Assembly (NCBI GenBank): GCA_965262455.1 | Contig: CBDHFH010000003.1 | Location: 94,360-158,359 of the forward strand | Origin: Gammaproteobacteria bacterium | Lineage (GTDB): Bacteria > Pseudomonadota > Gammaproteobacteria > UBA4575 | Reading direction: 5' to 3' | DNA length: 64,000 nucleotides | In this document: positions 10,182 to 20,945 of the stretch, piece after piece | Layout: each line of letters starts with the position of its first letter | Numbering within the stretch: the first letter of the stretch is position 1 | Notes under the pieces: generated by a model | The model's database searches: none | Told to the model about the DNA's origin: nothing | The model's input: the letters and a program-made list of their open reading frames with translations, nothing else | Program-made: the position numbers and the translations under genes

Positions 10182-11375
10182 TTATTCAGTAATGACGCGT
10201 TGCTGATCACTTAATGAGTTAACATCGCGTGCAACAATTTTTTGCCCCTCAATAATTCCATCCAACACAACGACTTCATTATCTATACGCCGACCTAGCT
10301 GGACTGGAATTTTTTTAATCATGTTGGTTTCATAAGCAAATACATATGATTTACCAAACTGATTTAATACAGATGAAATTGGAATAACTGCAGACTGCCC
10401 CTGCACAGCTAATGGCATATATACGCTTGCCAGCATTCCGGACTGCACATGTGCACTTGGCACTCTGACTCTTACTTGGTGAGTATTGGTATCCACATCA
10501 GGATCAAGCTGTATTGCCACGACATCACCTTTGGTTTGTAAGCCATTAATGCCTACATCGACTGTTTGACCGAGTGCTAGGCTGGAAATAACTTCACCCC
10601 TCACATCTAGTTGCACATCAAACTGGCTGGCATCAACCAACGTAAGAGCAATATCGTTAGCATTGACATAATCACCCTCCTCCAAAAACACTTCATTCAC
10701 TACCCCTTGAAATGGAGCACTTAAGGTTGCCCGCTCAAGATTACGTTTTGCCAAATCACGTTGCGCTTGCTTCATTGTCACACGTGCATTATTGGTTGCG
10801 ACAGAATATTCAAGACGCGCCACTTCAGCCTGCAAATCAAATACTCTTTGCCGTGTACTATCTAACTGTGATTGTGCAATAAGGTTACGCTCAACTAATT
10901 TTTCTAAGCGCAAGACTTCTTGCTGTTGTAACTTTAAATTATTTTGTGCATAGCCAAGTAAGCTTTTATCTCGACTCACGCCTTTTTGCTCTATGACTAA
11001 TTCTGCTGCCGCTTGTTGAAACTGATCTTGATAATCTGAATCATCTAGTTTCATCAACATTGCACCCTGATCAACTACAGTTCCAGGCTCTATCTTTCTA
11101 GACACCATAATGCCTGCCACTTCGAAACGAATTTGCGCCGTCTTAATGGGTTGTAATCGACCAGTGACAGTTTCAAAAGGCTGCACCATACGTTTTTCAA
11201 CGCTGACAAGAGCGACTTTAACTGGCGCTAGTTGTTGCAGTGTCGCTTGAGGTTGTGGTTTGGTTGCTATCAGTAACCATACTATTATAGTGGTTATGAC
11301 GGCGATGCCTGCAATAATGACAACAATTGGCAAAACAGCACCTTTGTGCCGTTTATGCTTTATAATCGTATCCAT
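10182..11375 (-). CDS. RND efflux membrane fusion protein (periplasmic adaptor, HlyD/AcrA family)
   Basis: 397 aa; N-terminal TM anchor, coiled-coil region (QQEVLRLEKLVERNLIAQSQLD), beta-barrel/lipoyl-like domains. 8 bp upstream of the RND permease. Confidence 0.85.
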   Translation of the reverse strand: MDTIIKHKRHKGAVLPIVVIIAGIAVITTIIVWLLIATKPQPQATLQQLAPVKVALVSVEKRMVQPFETVTGRLQPIKTAQIRFEVAGIMVSRKIEPGTVVDQGAMLMKLDDSDYQDQFQQAAAELVIEQKGVSRDKSLLGYAQNNLKLQQQEVLRLEKLVERNLIAQSQLDSTRQRVFDLQAEVARLEYSVATNNARVTMKQAQRDLAKRNLERATLSAPFQGVVNEVFLEEGDYVNANDIALTLVDASQFDVQLDVRGEVISSLALGQTVDVGINGLQTKGDVVAIQLDPDVDTNTHQVRVRVPSAHVQSGMLASVYMPLAVQGQSAVIPISSVLNQFGKSYVFAYETNMIKKIPVQLGRRIDNEVVVLDGIIEGQKIVARDVNSLSDQQRVITE

Positions 11376-11520
11376 TGACGTTGTTATGTTCCTTAAGTGA
11401 GCCGTTTCCCATTATTTGAACGTATCAACACGGTTTGACCAGAATTAAGCAGGATAAGTTTTAACCGAACCGTATACGTCACGTTCTATTTTAATAACTA
11501 TAAGAAACTACACAGACTCC

Positions 11521-13683
11521 ATGCACCTGCGCGCACTTATATTTACTTTTCTATGCGTCCACTGTACCAGCCTATTTGCAGATCAAGATTCTGAATGGCG
11601 TCAATGTGGCAGACAACCGAGTCAGTATAAGCCTAGTGAAGCACCATCAACAGCTGAAGATGTCAGTGATGATAGCCGTCGTGTACATCTATTTCGTATC
11701 GAACAGGATGTACATGCCGATCGCGTACAGTACTCTGAGAAAGAAAAGAAAGCGATTGCAACAGGAAATGTATTGTTGCGCGATCCCGATTTAGACATTA
11801 CCTCGGAACGCGTCGACTACTGGACGGAAGATGAAACAGCCAAAGCAGAAAATGTGCGCTATTGGTATCACCCTTCGCACGGCAGTGGCACCGCAGACCA
11901 AGCCGAGCGTGTGTCACAGGATGTCGTAAAATTAAAAAATACCACCTATTCAACATGTGACTTTGAAGACCGCGACTGGGAACTTAAAGCGAAAAAAGCA
12001 ACGTTAGATCGAGACAAAGGCGTGGGTACTGCACGCAACGTCACTGCTAAATTTAAAGGCGTGCCCTTCTTTTACTCACCCTGGATGAGTTTCCCAATCA
12101 ATAATGAAAGAAAAACAGGATTCTTAGCACCGGTGTTTGGACGCAGCAGCAATTCAGGCATTGATATAGAAACGCCATTTTACTGGAATATCGCCCCCCA
12201 TCGTGATGCCTTATTCACGCCACGTTATTTATCAAAACGGGGTGTATTTATGGGCGCGAATGGGCGCTATTTAAATGATAATAATTTTGGAGAAGTTAAT
12301 TTACAGTATTTAGATGATAGAGACTTTGACGATGAGCGTTATTTGGTTTCAATCGACCATGATCATCGATTCACTGATCATCTGCGTGGCGACTTAACTT
12401 ATAACAATGCTTCCGATGATGATTATTTTGAGGATCTTGGCGACTCGATTGGTGTATCAAGCACACGACAATTAGAACGTCGTGGCGATTTAATTTATAA
12501 CAACGCGCATTTCGGAGGCAGTTGGAGTGGTCTTTTGCGCTTGCAACAATTCCAAATTGTGGATGATGAAAGTCTGCCGGTTAACGATCCATACAAACGA
12601 CTGCCACAAGTTGTTATTGGCAATTCATTTTCTAACTTGCCTTTGGGTTTGGAATTTAGTTCTCGCAGCGAATGGGTGACCTTCGATCATGATGATCGCG
12701 TTGATGGAAATCGGCTTGATTTATTCACCGAAGTGACTCGACCCTGGACTGCACCGGGATACTTTTTTATCCCCTCAACACGTTTTCGACACACCAGTTA
12801 TGACTTATCAAGCTCAGAGGGTAACAATGATCCGACCAGAACACTGCCAAGTTTTTCTGTTGATAGCGGGCTGATCTTCGAACGTGAATTATTTACTAAC
12901 AACATAAGACATACACTAGAGCCACGCTTATTTTATTTATATACCCCAGAAAGAAATCAAACAGATATTCCATTATTTGATACAGGTGAATACGAATTTA
13001 GTTTTGCTCAATTGTTCCGTAAAGACCGTTTTTCTAGCGCTGATCGTGTCTCTGATGCCAATCAGTTGACTGCCGCAATCACCACACGTTTTATAAACCA
13101 GGCAAATGGCGATGAGCTTGCGCGCGCCAGCCTCGGTCAAATTTTTTATTTTGAAGATCGAGAAGTAACATTATCCAATAGCGAAGAGGATGATGACGAC
13201 CGATCTTCAAATATTGCTGGAGAATTACAAATTAGCCTGACGGATCGCTGGCAAGCCATTGCTGCTGCATTATGGGACCCTCAAGAAGAAGAATTCAACC
13301 GAACTAATACACGTCTGCAATATCGAAGTGCTAATAACTTTATATTTAATATTGGCCATCGATTCCGCAGAGAGGATTTCTCTCAGTCAGACATCTCGTT
13401 TATCTACCCAATCTCAGAACAATGGCGCGCAGTGGGTAGATGGAATTATGATTTAAAAGACGCTCGAGACCTCGACCTGCTGGGTGGATTAGAATATGAC
13501 ACTTGCTGTTGGAAGCTTAGTGTTGCAGCACGTCGCTTTACTAATGACAGTGCCGGCGATTATAACAACAGCATCGAAATACAATTGACTCTCAAAGGGC
13601 TCACCTCATTAGGCTCGCCACTTACTGAACAATTACAACGCAATATCCGTGGTTATGAAGATAGAAATACTTTTAAATATTAA
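11521..13683 (+). CDS. lptD: LPS-assembly outer-membrane protein LptD (OstA/Imp)
   Basis: 720 aa, signal peptide, OstA-like N-terminal domain (RVQYSEKEKKAIATGNVLLRD, LKAKKATLDRDKG), large C-terminal beta-barrel. Followed by surA-pdxA as in E. coli. Confidence 0.85.
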   Translation: MHLRALIFTFLCVHCTSLFADQDSEWRQCGRQPSQYKPSEAPSTAEDVSDDSRRVHLFRIEQDVHADRVQYSEKEKKAIATGNVLLRDPDLDITSERVDYWTEDETAKAENVRYWYHPSHGSGTADQAERVSQDVVKLKNTTYSTCDFEDRDWELKAKKATLDRDKGVGTARNVTAKFKGVPFFYSPWMSFPINNERKTGFLAPVFGRSSNSGIDIETPFYWNIAPHRDALFTPRYLSKRGVFMGANGRYLNDNNFGEVNLQYLDDRDFDDERYLVSIDHDHRFTDHLRGDLTYNNASDDDYFEDLGDSIGVSSTRQLERRGDLIYNNAHFGGSWSGLLRLQQFQIVDDESLPVNDPYKRLPQVVIGNSFSNLPLGLEFSSRSEWVTFDHDDRVDGNRLDLFTEVTRPWTAPGYFFIPSTRFRHTSYDLSSSEGNNDPTRTLPSFSVDSGLIFERELFTNNIRHTLEPRLFYLYTPERNQTDIPLFDTGEYEFSFAQLFRKDRFSSADRVSDANQLTAAITTRFINQANGDELARASLGQIFYFEDREVTLSNSEEDDDDRSSNIAGELQISLTDRWQAIAAALWDPQEEEFNRTNTRLQYRSANNFIFNIGHRFRREDFSQSDISFIYPISEQWRAVGRWNYDLKDARDLDLLGGLEYDTCCWKLSVAARRFTNDSAGDYNNSIEIQLTLKGLTSLGSPLTEQLQRNIRGYEDRNTFKY

Positions 13684-14977
13684 CAAAGCAATTTTACTCA
13701 CCAGCCTATGCTGCATGGTTGTTTTTGCAACCCAGAGTTCACACGCAAGTTTACTTGTAGACCGAATTGTCGCCGTGGTTGAGAATGATGTGATAACAGA
13801 ATCTGAACTGCTCGAACGAATTAATGTAATTAAGGCTCAGGCAGGTGATAAAGCCAACCTTCCCAATGAAGCCACCCTTGCCGAGCAGGTACTGCAACGC
13901 ATGATTATTGAGAAACTACAAATCGACTGGGGAAAGCGTCGCGGCATCACCATTGATGATATTTCACTTGATCAAGCGATGCGTAACCTGGCACAACGAA
14001 ATCGCATGGGCTTAGATGACTTTAGACAAGCTTTAATCAAACAAGGCATTGACTATATTGCGTTTCGCGACCAAGTGCGCACGGAAATGACAATTAGCCA
14101 AGTGCAACGTCGTGCTATTGAATCAAATATTCAGGTCTCACCTAATGAAATCGATGACTTACTTACTAACCAGTCAGAATCATTAAATGCAAATACTGAA
14201 TACCGCCTGGCACATATTCTTATTCAGCTTCCTCAGGACCCCACACCACAAGATATTGAACAGGGCCAAGCACAAATAAATGAATTGTATGATCAAGCAG
14301 TCAGCGGCAAGGAAAGCTTTACACAACTTGCGATTGCACATTCACAAGCGCAGGATGCTTTAGAGGGCGGCGATCTGGGCTGGCGCAACAGAAGTCAATT
14401 ACCCGGTGTTTTTGCACGTCAGTTAAATAACATGAAACCAGGGGATGTGAGTAAACCACTACGCAGCGGCAGCGGATTTCATATCTTTCGAATTTTAGAC
14501 ATCCGGGGCGAAGAAAAAGTGATGGTCGATCAAGTATTCTCACGCCACATCTTAATCAAAACGACCGCAGTCAAAAGTGATCAGGAAGCGCGTAGCGACT
14601 TAAACTCACTTCGATCACGCATTCTTAGTGGTGAAGATTTTTCCCAACTTGCGCGTGCACATTCAGAAGATCCGGGCAGCGCTTCCAGCGGTGGCGAACT
14701 CGGCTGGCTAGCGCCCAGTGTATTTGCACCTGCATTTAGAGATGTAGCTGAAACCATACCCGTTAATGAAATTAGCGAGCCTTTTAAAAGCCGATTTGGC
14801 TGGCATATCTTGCAAGTTTTGGATAAACGTGAACATGACAATTCATTGGAAGCAAAACGCAATCAAGCACGTGACTTTATTCGCCAACGTAAAGTAAGTG
14901 AAGAAAAAGAATTATGGTTACGCCAGTTACGTGACGAAAGTTATGTAGAAAACAGATTAAATCTCAGTGCCCAATAA
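13649..14977 (+). CDS. surA: Periplasmic chaperone/peptidyl-prolyl isomerase SurA
   Basis: 442 aa; signal peptide; SurA N-domain plus two parvulin domains (GGDLGW..., GGELGWL...). Overlaps lptD end by ~35 nt. Confidence 0.85.
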   Translation: MVMKIEILLNINKAILLTSLCCMVVFATQSSHASLLVDRIVAVVENDVITESELLERINVIKAQAGDKANLPNEATLAEQVLQRMIIEKLQIDWGKRRGITIDDISLDQAMRNLAQRNRMGLDDFRQALIKQGIDYIAFRDQVRTEMTISQVQRRAIESNIQVSPNEIDDLLTNQSESLNANTEYRLAHILIQLPQDPTPQDIEQGQAQINELYDQAVSGKESFTQLAIAHSQAQDALEGGDLGWRNRSQLPGVFARQLNNMKPGDVSKPLRSGSGFHIFRILDIRGEEKVMVDQVFSRHILIKTTAVKSDQEARSDLNSLRSRILSGEDFSQLARAHSEDPGSASSGGELGWLAPSVFAPAFRDVAETIPVNEISEPFKSRFGWHILQVLDKREHDNSLEAKRNQARDFIRQRKVSEEKELWLRQLRDESYVENRLNLSAQ

Positions 14978-14994
14978 ATTCTTACCTTCACTCA

Positions 14995-15966
14995 ATGACT
15001 AACCTGCCTCTAGCGATCACGGCTGGTGAACCGGCCGGGATTGGCTTTGATATCATCTTACAAGCAGCTGATCAGCTTCATGATTGTGTCATTATTGCTG
15101 ACAAACACGAACTATTAAAACGTGCAAAGCAGCTAAACATGACTGATGTTGTCTCCGATAACCCCAGTCGTGGTAGTCAACAGCTACAAGTAAAACATAT
15201 CCCCGTCAAACACCCCGTTGAATGCGGAGTGCTAGATAGCAGAAATGCGCATTACGTTTTAATGTGCCTAGATGAAGCACTAAGAGGCATTCAATCGCAT
15301 GAATACTCTGCAATGGTCACGGCTCCACTGCATAAAGGCATCATTAATGATGCCGGCATTCCTTTTACGGGTCATACCGAATACCTGGCAGAACATGCCA
15401 ACTCAGACGTTGTTATGTTATTGGTTGCCGATAGCGTGAGAGTTGCATTAACGACGACACATTTGCCACTGACCGAAGTGCCTGCTGCGATTACCTCACA
15501 ATTACTAACCAGCGTTATTACTATTTTGCATAACGATCTGGTGAAAAAATTTGGTATCCAACACCCTCGTATCGGAGTATGCGGGTTAAACCCTCATGCG
15601 GGCGAACAAGGACACCTGGGGCATGAGGAAATTGAAGTAATCACGCCTACCCTTGAGACATTAAGATCCAATGGACTTGATCTAACAGGGCCTTATCCTG
15701 CGGATACAATATTCACACCAAAACAGCTACAATTATTTGATGCGGTCCTGGCCATGTATCATGATCAAGGACTCCCTACGCTTAAGCACATCGGTTTCGG
15801 CAACGCTGTGAATACCACACTAGGACTACCAATTATCCGTACTTCCGTGGATCATGGCACAGCAATCGATCTTGCTGGCTCAGGAAACAGTGATGCTGGC
15901 AGCCTTATCGCTGCAGTGAATCTGGCTCGCGAACAAGTAACCGCCATGCAACAACAGGAAGCGTGA
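14995..15966 (+). CDS. pdxA: 4-hydroxythreonine-4-phosphate dehydrogenase
   Basis: 323 aa; PdxA motifs (LAITAGEPAGIG, GHTEYLA, HDQGL), position after surA. Confidence 0.9.
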   Translation: MTNLPLAITAGEPAGIGFDIILQAADQLHDCVIIADKHELLKRAKQLNMTDVVSDNPSRGSQQLQVKHIPVKHPVECGVLDSRNAHYVLMCLDEALRGIQSHEYSAMVTAPLHKGIINDAGIPFTGHTEYLAEHANSDVVMLLVADSVRVALTTTHLPLTEVPAAITSQLLTSVITILHNDLVKKFGIQHPRIGVCGLNPHAGEQGHLGHEEIEVITPTLETLRSNGLDLTGPYPADTIFTPKQLQLFDAVLAMYHDQGLPTLKHIGFGNAVNTTLGLPIIRTSVDHGTAIDLAGSGNSDAGSLIAAVNLAREQVTAMQQQEA

Positions 15967-15970
15967 CATT

Positions 15971-16543
15971 ATGAAGAAAACTATTCCATTTTGCCTCTTA
16001 CTCATATCACTGTGTGCTTGTGCAGATAATTCAATGCAGCAAGAGGAATTTAATCAACACGCTGCAGCTAAAATTAAACAGTTGGCCACAGAACTCAAAC
16101 AAACACTTGTTGCATCTATGCAATCGGGAGGACCAGTGGCCTCAATAGAGACATGTAGCGTTAAAGCACCAGAAATTGCCGATAAATTAAGCGACGATTT
16201 AATTATTAAACGCACCAGCTTGAAACATCGCAACCCAAACAACGCGCCAGATGCCTGGGAACAACAGGTGCTAATTTCTTTTGACAAGCAACTTGCCGAG
16301 GGCACACCCATCGAGCAGTTAGTTCATAGCGAAAAAGTAACTGATGAAAACGGTACCAAATTGAGAATGATGCGTGCCATCCCCACTCAGGGCTTATGTT
16401 TAAGCTGTCACGGCGACAAACAAACAATGAGCGAAGATCTGGTCAATGCATTAGAAAAGACCTACCCTAATGATTTAGCGACTGGCTATCAGGTCGGCCA
16501 GATTCGAGGTGCATTTTCTGTTGAACAGACGCTAGCAAACTAA
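15971..16543 (+). CDS. DUF3365-type (Tll0287-like) periplasmic c-type haem protein
   Basis: 190 aa lipoprotein-like signal (LLLISLCAC); single CXXCH (CLSCH) near C-terminus, typical of Tll0287/DUF3365. Confidence 0.55.
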   Translation: MKKTIPFCLLLISLCACADNSMQQEEFNQHAAAKIKQLATELKQTLVASMQSGGPVASIETCSVKAPEIADKLSDDLIIKRTSLKHRNPNNAPDAWEQQVLISFDKQLAEGTPIEQLVHSEKVTDENGTKLRMMRAIPTQGLCLSCHGDKQTMSEDLVNALEKTYPNDLATGYQVGQIRGAFSVEQTLAN

Positions 16544-16552
16544 AGGCATATT

Positions 16553-16930
16553 ATGAGCACATTACCACAAGCTTTTTTAGACGCGTGGGAAAATAGAGAA
16601 CCGCGCATGATATTTACAACCGTTGACACCTCAGGGGAACCTAATGCGATATGGGTATTATGCGTTAAGCTGCTCGATGAGAAACGCATACTGATTGCAA
16701 ATAATTTCTTTAACAAGACACTGGAAAATATCAATAATAACAGCCGCGGCTCATTACTTATGATTGCGCCCGAGCGAGAAGCTTATCAAATAAAGGGATC
16801 ATTAGATTATTTCACTGAGGGTCCTGTTTATGATGATATGAAAGACTGGCTAGATCCAAAGTTTGCTGGAGTCGGCGCAACTATTCTAAATATTGAATCT
16901 ATCTATTACGGAGCGGAAAAAGTTTTTTAA
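16553..16930 (+). CDS. Pyridoxamine 5'-phosphate oxidase-like FMN-binding split-barrel protein
   Basis: 125 aa; PNPOx-like pattern (PRMIFTTVDTSGEPNAIWV...ILIANNFFNKTLENI). Confidence 0.5.
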   Translation: MSTLPQAFLDAWENREPRMIFTTVDTSGEPNAIWVLCVKLLDEKRILIANNFFNKTLENINNNSRGSLLMIAPEREAYQIKGSLDYFTEGPVYDDMKDWLDPKFAGVGATILNIESIYYGAEKVF

Positions 16931-16933
16931 GTC

Positions 16934-17455
16934 ATGACAAATAAATTAGTTACCTGCTTAGTTTTAAGCATCTGCCTAGCGGCAGTTGTATCGGCTGACG
17001 ATACTCAAACCAATAATGTTAAATCTATCACGCTCAATTCAAGCAATGAATTTCAATTACTCAATGGTGATAGCGAAACCTCAACATTTACAATACGCCC
17101 ACTAAAAGAAAAACTTCGTTCTATTGAGAATTTAAAAGACACGCAAGCGGTAGGAATCACTTACTTAGGAACACTTTCTTTGAATGAAAGTGCCTCGCCT
17201 CTGAGCGCATTACGTCAATTATCAGTACAAATATCACGTGGCTTAAATTTAGACTTGGCGTTGATTACTGACTCCACTACGTCTGAATCATTAAAGCCAC
17301 ATGAAATGCTGTTACTGTACCACCCACAACTTGTAATCACACTTGCACTAACAAAAATAGAAAACAGTGATGACTACACATTAATAGGCACATACGCTAT
17401 ACCTGTTGATAAATCTCAACAGGACCCTGATATTATTGCAGAGTCCTCGCCTTAA
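16934..17455 (+). CDS. Hypothetical secreted protein
   Basis: 173 aa with signal peptide; no recognisable domain. 3 bp after the previous gene. Confidence 0.45.
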   Translation: MTNKLVTCLVLSICLAAVVSADDTQTNNVKSITLNSSNEFQLLNGDSETSTFTIRPLKEKLRSIENLKDTQAVGITYLGTLSLNESASPLSALRQLSVQISRGLNLDLALITDSTTSESLKPHEMLLLYHPQLVITLALTKIENSDDYTLIGTYAIPVDKSQQDPDIIAESSP

Positions 17456-17576
17456 CTCGTCTACTCTATACGCCTCTATAGTTCGTCTCACTAGCTTGGG
17501 GCAACACCAAAGGTCAATCTATAACTAAAACGTGTTAATGTAGTTTCACTCTGTACTCATTACTTCAGTAAGTATT

Positions 17577-18344
17577 ATGCATCGAGCGCGCAAGCGATTT
17601 GGGCAAAACTTTTTGGTTGACGATAATATTATTCAGTCGCTGATGACTGCGATATCTCCTCAGCCAGATGATCAAATTATAGAAATTGGCCCCGGCCTTG
17701 GCGCATTAACACAACCTTTACTGAATAAAGTTAATCATTTAGAAGTCGTTGAATTAGACAGAGATTTAATCCTCGATCTTGAGCAGTTACAAACTAAAAC
17801 CAACAAGCTGACGATACATCAATCAGATGCATTGAAATTCAATTTTTCACAAACAAATAACCCACGCCGCATAGTCGGTAATTTACCTTATAATATTTCA
17901 ACGCCGCTGATATTTCATTTGCTTGAATATATTGATTCCATCGTCGACATGCACTTTATGTTACAGAATGAGGTGGTCGACAGACTATGCGCCAACAGTG
18001 GTGATAGAAACTTCGGGCGTCTTTCAGTAATGGTACAAGCCCAATGTAAAACACAAAAATTAATTCATGTCCCCGCTGAGAGTTTTTCTCCCAAGCCAAA
18101 AGTTGAATCTGCTTTCATTCACTTGACACCTCACAAGCAATCACCCGTCCCTCAGCATTTAACTTCCGAATTCAAGCAAATTGTACAAACCTGTTTTTCA
18201 CAACCAAGAAAAACCGTGAATAATAATCTCAAAAAAATTCTTAGCCAAAGCAATTTGCTGGATGCAGGAATAGATCCAGGTAGTCGACCGCAACAGCTAA
18301 CCTTAGAGAATTTTATTGCTTTGGCAGAAAAAATTCACACATGA
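17577..18344 (+). CDS. rsmA: 16S rRNA (adenine1518/1519-N6)-dimethyltransferase
   Basis: 255 aa; KsgA motifs (GQNFLVD, EIGPGLGALT, NLPYNISTP). Confidence 0.9.
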   Translation: MHRARKRFGQNFLVDDNIIQSLMTAISPQPDDQIIEIGPGLGALTQPLLNKVNHLEVVELDRDLILDLEQLQTKTNKLTIHQSDALKFNFSQTNNPRRIVGNLPYNISTPLIFHLLEYIDSIVDMHFMLQNEVVDRLCANSGDRNFGRLSVMVQAQCKTQKLIHVPAESFSPKPKVESAFIHLTPHKQSPVPQHLTSEFKQIVQTCFSQPRKTVNNNLKKILSQSNLLDAGIDPGSRPQQLTLENFIALAEKIHT

Positions 18345-18414
18345 TGTCTTCTACGCAAAAGGTTTTGCAACTGACATCAAAGATATTTTAATGCGGTTGC
18401 GGCATAATGGCGCT

Positions 18415-18798
18415 ATGAATGAACTCAGCCCCTATAACATTATTGTTAGTGTTGATACAACTTACCTAGAATCACAATCAAGTTCTGATGAAGACCGGTA
18501 TGTTTTCGCATACACCGTGACCATCCAAAATAATGGCGATGTACCAGCGAAGTTACTCACGCGTCATTGGATAATTACTGACTCTAACGGCAAAACGCAG
18601 GAAGTCCGCGGCGATGGTGTGGTTGGAGAACAGCCTCACTTAAAACCGGGTGAAGGTTTCCAATACACCAGTGGCACCATGTTAGAGACACCGGTGGGCA
18701 CCATGCACGGCAGTTATCAAATGCAGGCAGACGACGGAACCGAATTCGATGCGGAAATTGAGCTGTTCACATTATCTGCACCTCGCGTGTTACATTAG
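18415..18798 (+). CDS. apaG: ApaG (DUF525) protein
   Basis: Internal start MNELSPYNIIVSV... gives the 127-aa ApaG form. The 160-aa ORF's extra N-terminus overlaps rsmA. Confidence 0.85.
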   Translation: MNELSPYNIIVSVDTTYLESQSSSDEDRYVFAYTVTIQNNGDVPAKLLTRHWIITDSNGKTQEVRGDGVVGEQPHLKPGEGFQYTSGTMLETPVGTMHGSYQMQADDGTEFDAEIELFTLSAPRVLH

Positions 18799-18822
18799 AG
18801 GTTTGTAACTTACACCACACCG

Positions 18823-19650
18823 ATGGCGACATACGCGATTGGCGACCTGCAAGGTTGTTACAGCGAACTCGAGCAATTACTTACCAAAATAGACTTTGAT
18901 CGACAAAACGATCAGGTATGGTTTGTCGGCGACCTGGTTAATCGAGGCCCGCAATCTATAGAAACTGTGCAATATATTCGCTCTTTAGGTGACGCAGCGA
19001 AATGTGTACTCGGTAACCATGATATTCATTTGATCGCTTGCTACTGTGGGTTACAGAAATGTAAGCCAAACAGCTCGCTGAATGCCATTCTTCAACACCA
19101 GCATGCTACACAGATCATCGACTGGTTACGCCAGCAGCCTTTACTATACATAGATGCAAATATCGACTGGTTAATGGTGCATGCGGGTTTGCTACCTCAA
19201 TGGAGCTTGCCGATTGCACAGCGCTGCGCGCATGAAGTCGAACAACAGTTGCGTTCTGATCAGTATGCAGATTTTTTACAGCACGCATATGGTAATCATC
19301 CCAATCAATGGCATCCTGATCTGAATAACAGAGATCGTTGGCGCCTCATACTCAATGCATTCACACGTTTGCGCTTATGTGACCAACAAGGGCAAATGGA
19401 TTTTGAGTTTAAAGGTCCGCTTGATGCCAAACCTGAGCATCTGCACGCCTGGTTTGATGTACCACGTCAAGCCGATACAGCTAAAATTATTTTTGGTCAC
19501 TGGTCAGCACTTGGATTAGTCAAGCGCGATAATTTACTCGCATTAGATACCGGGTGCTTATGGGGCAATCAACTCACTGCCGCCAGAATTGATATTGACC
19601 CTGTAAAGATCTATCAAATAGAGTGCACAGCCAAACAGAAGATTAGTTAA
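18823..19650 (+). CDS. apaH: Bis(5'-nucleosyl)-tetraphosphatase, symmetrical
   Basis: 275 aa; metallophosphatase motifs (GDLVNRGP, GNHD), MATYAIGDLQGCY start. Confidence 0.9.
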   Translation: MATYAIGDLQGCYSELEQLLTKIDFDRQNDQVWFVGDLVNRGPQSIETVQYIRSLGDAAKCVLGNHDIHLIACYCGLQKCKPNSSLNAILQHQHATQIIDWLRQQPLLYIDANIDWLMVHAGLLPQWSLPIAQRCAHEVEQQLRSDQYADFLQHAYGNHPNQWHPDLNNRDRWRLILNAFTRLRLCDQQGQMDFEFKGPLDAKPEHLHAWFDVPRQADTAKIIFGHWSALGLVKRDNLLALDTGCLWGNQLTAARIDIDPVKIYQIECTAKQKIS

Positions 19651-20140
19651 TGCGTGAATAAACTTTGAAAATCATATTATGTGGATTGTCTTGATCCGCA
19701 GCATAACTATGCTGTTTGGTTAAGGACCAAATCGACTCATCTAATTGCGGAAAGAAACGATCGCCTTCAACTTCAGCGTCCACTTCTGTTAAATATATTT
19801 CTTCTGCAAGCGACAAACATTGTTGATAAATATCGGCACCGCCAATAATAAATAGCTTTTGCGCACTATTCGATTTGGCTAAATTAATTCCTTGATTAAT
19901 ACTGGCAACCTTATCACAGCCCAAAAAACATAATTCTTTGTCCCGTGTGACTACGATATTCTGCCGCCCTGGCAATGGTTTAATATTTAAAGACTGATAG
20001 GTTTTGCGCCCCATTAACACCGGACTACCTAAAGTGGTTTGTTTAAAGTATTTCAAATCTGCGGGGCAATACCAGGGAATATCATTTCCCATTCCAATAA
20101 CATTATTTTTTGCAACGGCAACAATGATCGCAATAATCAT
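19643..20140 (-). CDS. folA: Dihydrofolate reductase
   Basis: 165 aa; IAIIVAVAKNNVIGMGNDIPW...LMGRKTYQSL aligns with E. coli FolA. Convergent 8-nt overlap with apaH. Confidence 0.9.
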   Translation of the reverse strand: MIIAIIVAVAKNNVIGMGNDIPWYCPADLKYFKQTTLGSPVLMGRKTYQSLNIKPLPGRQNIVVTRDKELCFLGCDKVASINQGINLAKSNSAQKLFIIGGADIYQQCLSLAEEIYLTEVDAEVEGDRFFPQLDESIWSLTKQHSYAADQDNPHNMIFKVYSRIN

Positions 20141-20150
20141 ACTGGGCTAT

Positions 20151-20945
20151 TTATACTGCGACCGGCGCAGAGATATGCGGATGAGATTGATAATTTATTA
20201 ATTCAAAGTCTTCATAGACAAAATCAAAAATTGAATCTACTCGCCGTTTAATTCGAAGTGTGGGCAAAGGCATTGGTTCTCTCTGCAACTGGAGACGCGC
20301 CTGATCAAGGTGGTTATTATACAAATGCACATCACCGAATGTATGAATGAATTCGCCTACGCGTAAATCAGTAACATGCGCAACCATCATTAATAACAAA
20401 GCATATGATGCAATATTAAATGGTACACCTAAAAAAACATCAGCACTGCGTTGATATAATTGACAAGAGAGCTTTCCATTAGCCACGTAAAACTGAAACA
20501 TGGTATGGCATGGCGGTAATGCCATACGACTAATTTCACCAACATTCCAGGCACTGATAATATGTCGACGTGAATGTGGATTTTGTTTTAGCTGTTCAAT
20601 TAATCCCTGTAATTGATCAATCGTATCGCCATTAGCCGTGGGCCAAGCGCGCCATTGGGCACCATACACAGGACCTAAATTACCATGCTCATCTGCCCAC
20701 TCATCCCAAATGCTGACACCAGCTTCCTGTAGTGATTTGACATTTGTATCTCCGCGAATGAACCACAGCAGCTCATGAATAATAGATTTAGTATGCAGCT
20801 TTTTGGTTGTGACTAATGGAAAGCCATGAGCTAAATCAAAACGCATTTGATAGCCAAAGGTTGAAAGTGTGCCTGTACCGGTACGGTCTTGCTGCTCAAC
20901 TCCATGTGTTAACACATGATTTAATAACTCTAAATATTGTTTCAT
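20151..20945 (-). CDS. thyA: Thymidylate synthase
   Basis: Internal start [12 protein letters not shown]; active-site region [32 protein letters not shown] overlap with lgt stop. Confidence 0.9.
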   Translation of the reverse strand: MKQYLELLNHVLTHGVEQQDRTGTGTLSTFGYQMRFDLAHGFPLVTTKKLHTKSIIHELLWFIRGDTNVKSLQEAGVSIWDEWADEHGNLGPVYGAQWRAWPTANGDTIDQLQGLIEQLKQNPHSRRHIISAWNVGEISRMALPPCHTMFQFYVANGKLSCQLYQRSADVFLGVPFNIASYALLLMMVAHVTDLRVGEFIHTFGDVHLYNNHLDQARLQLQREPMPLPTLRIKRRVDSIFDFVYEDFELINYQSHPHISAPVAV

